This document shows positions 14,901 through 22,300 of a stretch of 64,000 nucleotides of DNA, in pieces (the stretch's first letter is position 1; every line of letters starts with the position of its first letter). Below the pieces are notes generated by a model. That model was not told the origin of the DNA, did not search any database, and was given only the letters and a program-made list of their open reading frames with translations. Source of the DNA: an uncultured Methanomassiliicoccales archaeon (GTDB lineage: Archaea; Thermoplasmatota; Thermoplasmata; Methanomassiliicoccales; UBA472); NCBI GenBank assembly GCA_963710685.1, contig CAVQBH010000009.1, positions 755,673 through 819,672 of the forward strand, written 5' to 3'. Made by a program: the position numbers and the translations under genes.

Positions 14901-15517
14901 AGGTCACGCAGAACTCGATTACGTTCACGGCCTCTTCGGTCAACGATGCTTCCGTGGTGGCCAGCACATTTGCCAATGTCACCGTGGTGCCTCGGTATCA
15001 GGTGAACGCCACCCTGGCCCAGGTCTACGCCAACGATGGTACGAACTATCGCTATCAGATCAAGGTCAACAATAATGGCAACATCGATGACACCTACCAG
15101 ATAACCGTCGTGAACAAGGACCTGTTGAGATCGGAGGGATGGGACGTTTCCCTGCAGGGCACCGGAAACAACGTCGACCAGCTTAACCTGACGGTCGGCG
15201 GCCAGAGCTTCCAGGACTTCGACTTCTCGATGGTGCCCAACGCAACTTCCGGAGTCCCGCAGCTGAACCTGAGCGTAACCATCCTTATACAGTCGGCCGG
15301 CAACGTCAGCACTACATACAATTTCGTGTTCTCGCCCGAGCTGCCCAAGGTCAGTATCCCGAGCAGCGGACTGTCCGTGACCGGGGACAAGACGTCATCA
15401 ACCCTGTTGACCCTGCCCTTGGAGACCACGGTCGTGCTGGCATTGGTGATGGTGCTGTTCGTGCTCCTCATCTACCTTACAATCAAGAAGGGGGTGTTCA
15501 CACGAAGAAAGCGCTGA
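8975..15517 (+). CDS. aglB: archaeal oligosaccharyltransferase AglB (STT3 family) fused to a very long Ig-like/carboxypeptidase-regulatory-like and NEW3/CARDB-like extension with C-terminal TM anchor
   Basis: 2180-aa uninterrupted ORF. The N-terminus is multi-TM with SDSYYH (Asp codon 9191-9193) and WWDYG (10775-10789). The C-terminal 1200 aa or so consists of beta-sandwich-like repeats rich in N-x-S/T. The protein ends in a hydrophobic helix plus KKGVFTRRKR. Confidence 0.9.
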   Translation: MASSMEGPKSPAEKKRSAGISRLNSKFSNTWLGRNWQTVLIIVLLVVVALLIRTYFAYSTAVNNGFLVSGGSDSYYHERVIDNFASSGQWLFHDPMLNYPAGVRNERPPLYDFSVAVSGMLLHSVTGISLSDSLGYSLLWSTAIWGSLTVIPVYLVTKTVFGKKPAILAAMLFAVSAAAISRSVFSDADHDATALFFAVCAFFFLIRSLQTIKGEKWVAHWSKFADIKTGLKTFASMNSASMLYAALGGVCVAFIAMFWTGYDYLLIIVLVFFIVQIIIDRFRNSDSLGLVVSVGIMFSVAFLVMAPLYIQAGYVNVWLDTPVEIFVVAMIAGMVFVVTRDYPWTLTLPIIILISIGAMIACVIISPNFFNAIISGQGYLVKNKLYSTIAEATAPEFSTLVLSFGAATFWLAVVGIGYVITKLWKNPSMPAVFFVVWTAVTVYMAASAARFLLNAAPSVAAMAGLVLMLIIDRAEFSGFYKSMAGSRGSLLRNLRKSIKFRHIFVFLVVLGLVVLPNVWTALDAGIPNQTKKAYDRQIYDATPDILKPSTYDVTNGTYWYLGAFSYDLPLPTTYYPAAWIWFNERDANITNPLERPAYLSWWDYGFEAIQAGGHPTVADNFQNGYNMAASFLMCSNETGAIALMVTRILETVRLDNSTDVSVSTIALLQSYGVNLSEMYHIMARPADYISVVLNNPAIYGPYSPDLSAYNAFYAASRVELSKIGENKLVSLYHDLRGLTGYNIGYFAVDSRLFPFSATSQNIFYAPAKLADQNIDPLSNAPTDYYTITAVDQYGTEYPLSEVTSTMTIASYNIHYTALFYQTMLYRAFMGYGPYDIGLTSQGIPGISGSLTYYPPMEGWNLTHFKMVYRTAYYNPYTDYSNHTDAWVAINYTQGQEYELLINAGKMNGTVDLSAGGLYSAVVFLQYYDGVTISGKAVSQNGEPMANVYVTALDDNRDPTYYPYGIPHQTVKTDANGSYSIIAPFGNTTIAYSYGTLDNLTQLATVITTRSYQISYAQAMGATGAGGNQSQINGNITLNAANLSGKVYWDRDGDSKYTVGTDILITNATVVLENKTTGYYKSQVSTASGYSFSGLPPATVNMYAIYQGHIIGNVSVDLNPKNGNITQDLAIKPAQVKGVIMLPSGDVAANVQLQLKDLTTSRLINTTTSAAGQFTYDLLFSGEYALSSASSAMSLGVQTYNLTAGEVLNKALTIYSSMTLTGLVSNNGNAVPYAQIEILNGLRQIWTSADVNGDYSITVPLDNYTVYSFATVKGVQLVALTNVTGSASSLTENLNLASGNPTSLQVNTTGGLSGVQFVIRSKSIPAEIYAISNSTGGVQVLLPAGVYSVYAFETSLVFWADLTLPGTGVQNITLVNAATLSGKVWFDANSDGSMATSEGVGNATIKVTDQAGNQLTFITDSTGAYSVPLVVNGTYTMTETLVNYVTNSFTYTNFNTSTVNNIQLVPVNRTVSMTVTFNGGAPAKPLTVIMTAVGKGAITTQGVTTAAGALTLNVRPGLYDITIGENVTNNTNDQYQLGAGTVPLSVLIGHDPAPLNLTAVERFLVTGVSAGGATNVTFTGKDVRAETLGAGAGYSVYLMNGVYGVYADVNSTSGHTALFTTTTIAGPTTYDIVAVPSSLVQVQVQFNGKTLNASATITFISADGATYNATTNATGYLGVYMPSGQLTAKADVHTVGVLNGANRYLRYTGSNTINVGTAAIPLNVDTARALDNSTVTGTMTAVGGGAASGTITFAPDSATAIWSNYTTATGSINVQLAPGNYNVYANAGANGVFLGKVTVSSYLNQTTNLQLVNGLTYHGTTLIGTSPVSATLTFASTGNVTASSAADGTFSVDLPAGSYAVQASAFLVEQGTNIPYTKAFTQTLTADTTAQLILERANTRSVKVYWDPSQQATLKANQTAVYNITVTNTGDLADVYNLAASATGWNVSLSQKNVSLDFGAAGVATIQMTITPSSTTKVTQNSITFTASSVNDASVVASTFANVTVVPRYQVNATLAQVYANDGTNYRYQIKVNNNGNIDDTYQITVVNKDLLRSEGWDVSLQGTGNNVDQLNLTVGGQSFQDFDFSMVPNATSGVPQLNLSVTILIQSAGNVSTTYNFVFSPELPKVSIPSSGLSVTGDKTSSTLLTLPLETTVVLALVMVLFVLLIYLTIKKGVFTRRKR

Positions 15518-15534
15518 TCTCGTTAACCCTGGTA

Positions 15535-16296
15535 TTGTGCATGATCGTGACATCGGCATTGGTGATCCCGGTCCAGGCGGCCCAGGGAGATCCAACGCTC
15601 CAGGGTTCGATAAATGGGCCCTCGGTGGTGGGCCTGGGGGCGGTGACCCAGTACACGATCGCCATAACCGGCGGCCCGGCCGGGACCTCCAATGGTACCT
15701 ACTCGTATCAGGTCACGATGTCGGGGTTCGCCTCCAACAACGCCACCCTGATCCCCGGTTCGGGAAGTTCGACGACCGGCGTGTTCAAGGTCAACCTGAC
15801 CACGCCCCAGGTCCTGGGCGATCTGACCATAAAGCTCAACGCCACCTCGACGAATACGGACGGGACGGCTAACAGCACGACCACGACCTTCAACGTGAAG
15901 GTCATCAGTCCGGTCATATTCACCGTGAACATCAAGAACACGGGCAACATGACGGTGTCGAACATCCCGGTCTACTTCTACGTGGACTACTCGGACAGCA
16001 ACCAGGTGCCGATCTATGTGGCCAACGTGACGATCGATGCGTTGTCGACCAAGGCGGTCTCATACAACTGGACCACGACCAGCCTTGGGGCCGGATCTCA
16101 CCAGCTGAAGGTGCAGATCGATCCCAACGCGACCTTCATAAGTTTCGATAGGGGAGGGACGGTGCAGACAACCACCTTCTACTATAACCAGGCAGATTAC
16201 GGGACGACGAACGCGTTGCTTTACGTGGCGCTCGTCGTGCTTTTGATAGTGGTCTACCTGGTGTATCGCAGGCCCGCCCCCCGGAAGAAGAAATAA
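15535..16296 (+). CDS. secreted, sequon-rich CARDB-like surface protein with C-terminal TM anchor
   Basis: 253-aa ORF 17 nt after aglB. It has a signal-peptide-like N-terminus (..ALVIPVQAAQG), many N-x-S/T sites, a CARDB-like block (VNIKNTGNMTVSNIPVYFYVD) and a C-terminal helix plus RRPAPRKKK. The start codon is uncertain (TTG 15535, ATG 15541 or upstream ACG 15502). Confidence 0.7.
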   Translation: MCMIVTSALVIPVQAAQGDPTLQGSINGPSVVGLGAVTQYTIAITGGPAGTSNGTYSYQVTMSGFASNNATLIPGSGSSTTGVFKVNLTTPQVLGDLTIKLNATSTNTDGTANSTTTTFNVKVISPVIFTVNIKNTGNMTVSNIPVYFYVDYSDSNQVPIYVANVTIDALSTKAVSYNWTTTSLGAGSHQLKVQIDPNATFISFDRGGTVQTTTFYYNQADYGTTNALLYVALVVLLIVVYLVYRRPAPRKKK

Positions 16297-16356
16297 AACC
16301 TTTTCCCGATTCATTATTTTGCAATAAAGGTCAGCGCGCCGGGGCGCCGTTCCTGC

Positions 16357-16974
16357 TCAGAGTATCTTGTCGAGACTGGCCAGTTTCAGCTCCAGGCGTC
16401 TCATGCTGACCGCCACCGCCACCTCTCCCCTGGTCTTCTCCAGGACGGAACGGGCGATGTCCTGCTTGCGCCGGATGGAAACGATCGCGTCCGGATAATC
16501 GAACTTCATGAGGATGAGGAACATCTCCTCCATCATCTCCAGGTATCGGACCGCGTCGTCATTGCGCCCTTCCCGTAATGACTCTAAGGCGAACCTTCTC
16601 AGCTCACCGATGGCGTCGGCGAAACCCATCAGGTATGCCGTCACCGGTATGTCCAACTCGTCCGGTTCCGGCAGGTCCAGCCCCTTGGTGATGGTCAGTA
16701 CGATCGCCGCCTCGGCGACCTCCTGGAGAGCGTCCTGCACGATCCCGGAATGCCAGATGTCGGGATGTTCGTCCAGGAGGGACTTCAGACGCTGGGATTC
16801 GTCCATCGTCTCGGCCATCAGGCTCTCGACGTTCTCTTTCTTGTGAATCCCATGGACGACGCCAGACGCCAGTCTGGTGGTCGCGCGCGATGACTTGATG
16901 GCGATCTCCCTGACCGTGTCTTTTTCGTCAAGTCTCTCCTGAATCTTGGCGACGATCTCATCCAGGTTGCTCAT
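16357..16974 (-). CDS. translin-family protein
   Basis: 205-aa ORF with translin-like motifs YLMGFADAIGELRR and IRRKQDIARS. Confidence 0.8.
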   Translation of the reverse strand: MSNLDEIVAKIQERLDEKDTVREIAIKSSRATTRLASGVVHGIHKKENVESLMAETMDESQRLKSLLDEHPDIWHSGIVQDALQEVAEAAIVLTITKGLDLPEPDELDIPVTAYLMGFADAIGELRRFALESLREGRNDDAVRYLEMMEEMFLILMKFDYPDAIVSIRRKQDIARSVLEKTRGEVAVAVSMRRLELKLASLDKIL

Positions 16975-17002
16975 GGGCTGACCTTATGATTTGTTCCGTT
17001 AT

Positions 17003-18325
17003 TTATCTTCTCAGGGAGTTCATATGCTCTTTGCGGCTCTGGACGATGTCCTTCTTGCCGATATCATGCCTGACGTATATGGCCTCCCCCTTGACGAAAC
17101 GAAGAGCTCTTTCGCATGCCTGTTCCGCCTTTTCCAGGGTGTCGTCGACGCCGACGACGCCCACCGCCCGAGAGGAAGTGGTCAGGACCTTCCCGTCAAC
17201 CTCGTCGACCATGGCATAGTATAAGCGGGCGCCCTCTCTTTCGATCGCTGTCTCATCCACCTCGATCGGCAGCCCCGACCTCGATTCCAGGCCATAGCCC
17301 TGAGGGACCACGTACTTGCAGACGGTGGCCTTCTTCTGAAAATCCACCCTGACCTTGTTCAGGTGACCGCCGGCGATGCCCTGGCAGACACCGGTGAAAT
17401 CCGATGAAAGTATGGTGAGCACGTTCATCGCCTCCGGATCGCCGAACCGGGCGTTGTACTCGATGACCTTCGGTCCATCCCTGGTCAGCATGAACTGGGA
17501 ATAGAGCACTCCCTTGTAGGGACATCCCTCTTCACGCATCGCCTCGATCATCCGTTTGACGATCTCCACCGCTTTCTCGTACTCGTCCCGGTGGACGAAA
17601 GGGAGCAGATGATCGGCGTCCGAGTAGGAGCCCATGCCGCCAGTGTTCGGTCCCTCGTCCCCTTCGTAGGCTCTTTTGTGGTCCTGCACCAGAGGCATCG
17701 GCGCGATGTCCCTTCCGTCGCAGAACGACTGCAGTGTGAACTCCTCTCCCACCGCCTTCTCTTCCAGGACGACGCCCGCCCCACCGATATGCTTCTCGAA
17801 GATCTCATCGATGTAGTCGCAGACCTCCTGCTTGGTCCTGAGGTGCTCTCCCTGGACCTTCACGCCCTTGCCTCCGGTCAGGCCCACCGGCTTGACCGCG
17901 ACCTCCATGGTCATGTCCCTGACGAAGGACTTGGCCTGTACCGCATCGTCGAAAGAATGGAAATCGAGGTTCCCGGGAACACGGTGCTTCCTCATGACCT
18001 CCCGGGCAAAGCTCTTGGACGTCTCGATCCTGGCAGCGGCCTTGGTCGGCCCGACGCATGGGATACCTTTCGATTCGAGCAGGTCCACCAGCCCTGCCTC
18101 CAAAGGCGCCTCCGGCCCGATGACCGCCAACTCCACCTTGGAACGGAGGGCGAACTCCCCCACCTTCTGTCCGTCCGTCTCCTTGACCAGGAGGACGTCC
18201 TTGCTGGACCTGGCGATCCCCGGGTTGCGGTTCCTCATCGCTGAGAATATCTCCGAACCGCTCCTCTCGAGCGCCTTGACGATGGCGTGCTCCCTGCCGC
18301 CCCCTCCTACCACTAAGATTCTCAT
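17003..18325 (-). CDS. purD: phosphoribosylamine--glycine ligase
   Basis: MRILVVGGGGREHAIVKAL N-terminus and an ATP-grasp core. The ORF track extends to 18388, but ATG at 18325 matches the canonical PurD start. Confidence 0.93.
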   Translation of the reverse strand: MRILVVGGGGREHAIVKALERSGSEIFSAMRNRNPGIARSSKDVLLVKETDGQKVGEFALRSKVELAVIGPEAPLEAGLVDLLESKGIPCVGPTKAAARIETSKSFAREVMRKHRVPGNLDFHSFDDAVQAKSFVRDMTMEVAVKPVGLTGGKGVKVQGEHLRTKQEVCDYIDEIFEKHIGGAGVVLEEKAVGEEFTLQSFCDGRDIAPMPLVQDHKRAYEGDEGPNTGGMGSYSDADHLLPFVHRDEYEKAVEIVKRMIEAMREEGCPYKGVLYSQFMLTRDGPKVIEYNARFGDPEAMNVLTILSSDFTGVCQGIAGGHLNKVRVDFQKKATVCKYVVPQGYGLESRSGLPIEVDETAIEREGARLYYAMVDEVDGKVLTTSSRAVGVVGVDDTLEKAEQACERALRFVKGEAIYVRHDIGKKDIVQSRKEHMNSLRR

Positions 18326-18419
18326 TTCCGATCGGTCAGGACAATGGACGCCGCCTAATAAAAAGGATGCTGGGCAGAGGCGGTTCAACCGGCTTGATCC
18401 GACCGATGCCAGCGGACCC

Positions 18420-19076
18420 TCACTTCGAGGCGCCTATGGCCCGCATGACCGCTTCTATGCCTTCTCCGGTCTTGACGCTGGTCAGATAGAGCTGTCTGTT
18501 CCCCACGATCTTGGTGTAGTCCGACCTGAGCACCTCCACGTCCACCTCCATGTAACCAGCCAGATCGACCTTGTTCAGGACCGCGACGTCGGATGAGGTG
18601 AATATCATGGGATGCTTGCGCACCATGTCGTCACCTTCGGTGACCGAAATCACCACCATTCGCACATCCGTGCCCAGCGGGAAATCGGCCGGGCAAACCA
18701 GGTTGCCCACGTTCTCTATGAAAATGAATCCGATACCATCCAGGTTCATCTTGTCCAGTGTTCGATCGATCAGATTGGACTCCAGATGGCATTCCTTGCC
18801 AGTGTTGACGTTGTAAGCCTCGATCCCGGCCTCTTTGAATCGCCGGTAATCATCCTCACCGGTCACATCGCCGGCGATAACCGCAACGCCTATCCCATTC
18901 TTCTTGAGATGAGTGGCCATCTTTATGATCATCGCTGTCTTCCCTGAGCCGATCGAGCCCATCACGTCGACGGACCGAATGCCCTTGGCGGCCAGCCTTT
19001 CGTGGTTGTGCTCGGCCAGATGGGCGTTCTCCGCCAGCACGTCATGTTCCATGCCGATGCTCTTGATCTTGTGCAC
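18420..19076 (-). CDS. hypB: hydrogenase nickel-incorporation GTPase HypB
   Basis: 218-aa ORF with P-loop GSIGSGKT and an ENVGNLVCPA motif. Confidence 0.9.
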   Translation of the reverse strand: MHKIKSIGMEHDVLAENAHLAEHNHERLAAKGIRSVDVMGSIGSGKTAMIIKMATHLKKNGIGVAVIAGDVTGEDDYRRFKEAGIEAYNVNTGKECHLESNLIDRTLDKMNLDGIGFIFIENVGNLVCPADFPLGTDVRMVVISVTEGDDMVRKHPMIFTSSDVAVLNKVDLAGYMEVDVEVLRSDYTKIVGNRQLYLTSVKTGEGIEAVMRAIGASK

Positions 19077-19253
19077 GGCCCATAGATGGATGATCCCGTC
19101 TTAACGCTTGTCGTTCGAACCTTTTTCCAATCGGAACGAATCATTTACATATATTTTATTATAAATATCATTACAGAGTTTTCATAACATGAGGTGCAAT
19201 AGTTAACGGAAAGCGTTCCTTTTTATTCAATTCACTAAATCTACATACCCGAA

Positions 19254-19260
19254 TTTATAA
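19254..19260 (+). promoter_or_regulatory. putative TATA box in the 236-bp AT-rich divergent hypB/beta-helix intergenic region
   Basis: TTTATAA lies about 52 nt upstream of ATG 19313. The surrounding region is the most AT-rich stretch of the window. Confidence 0.3.
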
Positions 19261-19312
19261 GAATAGGCTTAAATGGTCTTATTTTGCTGTTTTTGTTTAA
19301 TATTTAGGAGGT

Positions 19313-22300
19313 ATGGTCACGTATTCAGGCAATTTCAGTTTCAATCAGTCGACACTAGGACAACTCGCCAGGCGAAAGGGATTCCTTTTGGTGGGGGCCT
19401 TATTGATCATATGCGCATTTGCTCTGTTGTTGAGCGCCTCAGGCGCGAGCGCAGCACCGACCTATGTCTATCATGATGTTTCTACGGATACGACCTGGAA
19501 CGAGGCCGGTTCGCCATACATCGTCAATCAGACCTTTGTCGTGGCCAACGGGGTAACTCTCAACGTGGGTGCGAACGTGACGGTCAAGGTCGATCCGGGT
19601 CAACAGATCATCGTGGACGGCTCCCTGATGGTCAACGGACAGGCATCCCAGACGGTCACATTCACGAAGAACAACAGTCTTACAATGTGGAACGGAATCA
19701 CTGGCAACGAGAATTCCGTGGTCAGTATGAACTATGCCAACGTAAACAATGATACTCAGATAACGATCCACAACACCGGGGTCTTCACCAATTCCAAATT
19801 CGCCAACTCTCCGCTGAGCGCCATATACTTCCAGATCATTTCCAAGAATGGAAATCTGACGGTAACGAACTGCAATTTCACCTCAGCGATTTCCGGTATC
19901 AACGATGTCTACGGTCTCATCTCTGATTCCTCGAACGCCAGCAACATTAAGACCTTCAATGTGCCAATCTCGATCACCAACACCTATTTCGGGCCGGGTT
20001 TTTCCGGCACGGCGGTCCTGATCAACGAATACGTAGCATCTCACGATAATGCCCTGGTAACCCTCAACAGCAATATGGTGATCAACAACAACCGGTTCAA
20101 TACCGGTGTGCGATCCGCCATCGCCATCTCTCATAACCTGGACCCGTACGACAATTCGACGGCATTGGTGAACGGGGACTCGACCATAAACACGAACCGT
20201 TTCAACAGCGGACCGGCGGTCGGATACTCCGACATAATAACCATACATAACCTGGCCGGACCATTGATGATCCATAACAATGCGGGAAGCGTCGGGGGCA
20301 GCCTTCACATACTGAACAATGACCTGAGGAGCGTTCAGGTCTACGGGATCAACGCATACGCCCAGATCATTTCCTACGGCGAAAAAGCCTCCACCATAAG
20401 TGTCCCGATAACGATATCCGGCAATAACATCACCTCTGCGGGCGATGGAATAATGGTCCAGAGGCAGATGAACGCCTATGAAGATTCGATCGCATCCATA
20501 TCCGGAACGGTGACCCTCGACTCCAACAGGATATTCCAAGCGGTGAACGGAGCCTATGTCAGCACGTTGGCGATCGCCGCCTCCAGCTCCAAAGCCTCTG
20601 TCATGATCAACTCCGACCTGTCCTTTACGAACAATGTGATGGTCACCATCACCGGTCGGGGTCTATACGTGAACGACCGCATGACCTCCGCCGGATCCAA
20701 ATCGTCATCATTCTCCGGCGCCGTCACCGCGACCGGAAACACCGTCAGCGCCGATTCAGGAACGATGATCGAGGTGGACCGGTCGGGATTCAGCTCGGCC
20801 GATAATTCGACCCTGTCCGTGAGCGGCGGAGTGCTGGTCATGAACAACCACGCCACCTCCTGCAGGAACCTGGTAATCATCAACCTCAGCTACCTGGCAA
20901 ATGCCAGGTCCTCGATCACGGCAGCCGGTGATCTGACCGTGAACGACAACCGGGCGTATGATTCTTCAAACGGCGGGGTCACCATTCTGTTCACGCCCAA
21001 CTCCGCCACCAACGGAACGGTAACGGCCACCGTCAACATATTGTCCAGCGGCAACATTTTCCAGGTGTCGAACTCCTATGCCATGGATGTGGAAAGGACC
21101 CTTACGGCGACCGGAAACTCGACAATTATCGCTTCGGGGACGGTCAGCCTGTTGGGCAATAACATCGTCGACGAGCAATACACGGCCATCTTGGCCAGAA
21201 ATTACGTTGATTCCTACGGCAGTTCGAAGGGCACTGTGAACGGAGACTTCACCGTCTCCAACAACACCGTCTTGGTGAACGACCGAACGGCCGTCACCAT
21301 CGCCATCGGCGCATACGCCGAGGTAAAGGTTGCGATGACGGCCACGACCGCGGCCTACACGGGCAACGTCCTGGTCGCGGACAACAGCGTCACGGTGGCC
21401 AACCTGAGCCTTCTGATGTCGCCCTATGATGGGATCTATGTCAATTTCAATGCCAGAGGGTTCGCCGACGTCGCCGGGTCAAACCAGGGCAACAAGTGGG
21501 CGAACGCCAGCCTGGGCAATATCCAGGTCCTGCGCAACAGCGTGACCTTGAACGGCAACAATGCCGGCGGGATCGAGTACGACCCGGACCTGACCTCCTA
21601 TGCCACCCACGGTGGCAGCGCTAGCGCGCTCGCCGGCACCCAGCTGGTCGCCAATAATCATGTCAATGGGGCAGGAAACTTCCTGGAAGCGGTCAAGATG
21701 GACATCGACAATCTGAATGCGGCGAGCATCGACGGAAACGCGACCGTTCTCTCCGGTCCGATCACTTTCCAGGCCAACGCCATCAGCATGGTGGGCAACA
21801 ACAGCAAGGGCATCAATGTGTACAACTACGCCACCAATGACATCTACGCCTACGCCCACTCCAAGGGCACTGTCTCTCTGAAGATCGATGGAGGACTGAA
21901 CATCGTCAGCAACACCATTGTGATGACGGGAAACGCCGACTCTGGAGTCTACTTCAACAACAACGCCCAGAGCACGTACGCTAAGGTCTCGGCCCTCAAC
22001 GGACGGGCCTCCATGGATCTCGGCCTTAACCTGTCCAACAATGTGCTGACCATGAAGGGGACGAACGACTCCGGAATAACGTTGGTCAACGACAACCAAG
22101 GGGTCAGTTACCGGGATGGTGACGTCATCCTCGAGACCGGCGTCTCTGTGTCCGGGAACAACATCAATCTGGATGCCAGCTCCGGCGTCGGGGTGCAGAT
22201 AAGCGTTTCGCTGGCCCTCGATCCGTTGTCCTTCAACGGTCATTCCACCATCAACGCCCAGATATCCATCGCAAACAACACGGTATCACGGGGCCAGTTC

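Noticed and set aside
15187-15534. An open reading frame upstream of the 15535 ORF (no stop back to 15187), considered as a possible programmed frameshift fusing it to AglB.
   Set aside because: I recognise no slippery heptamer or stimulatory structure. The upstream translation (..GDHGRAGIGDGAVRAPHLPYNQEGGVH) is not protein-like until the TKKALISL signal segment. Only the ACG-start idea was kept as a finding.
19077-19312. The AT-rich 236-bp region, considered as a possible replication origin.
   Set aside because: There is no cdc6/orc1 gene adjacent and I could not identify ORB-like repeated elements. It is adequately explained as a divergent promoter region.
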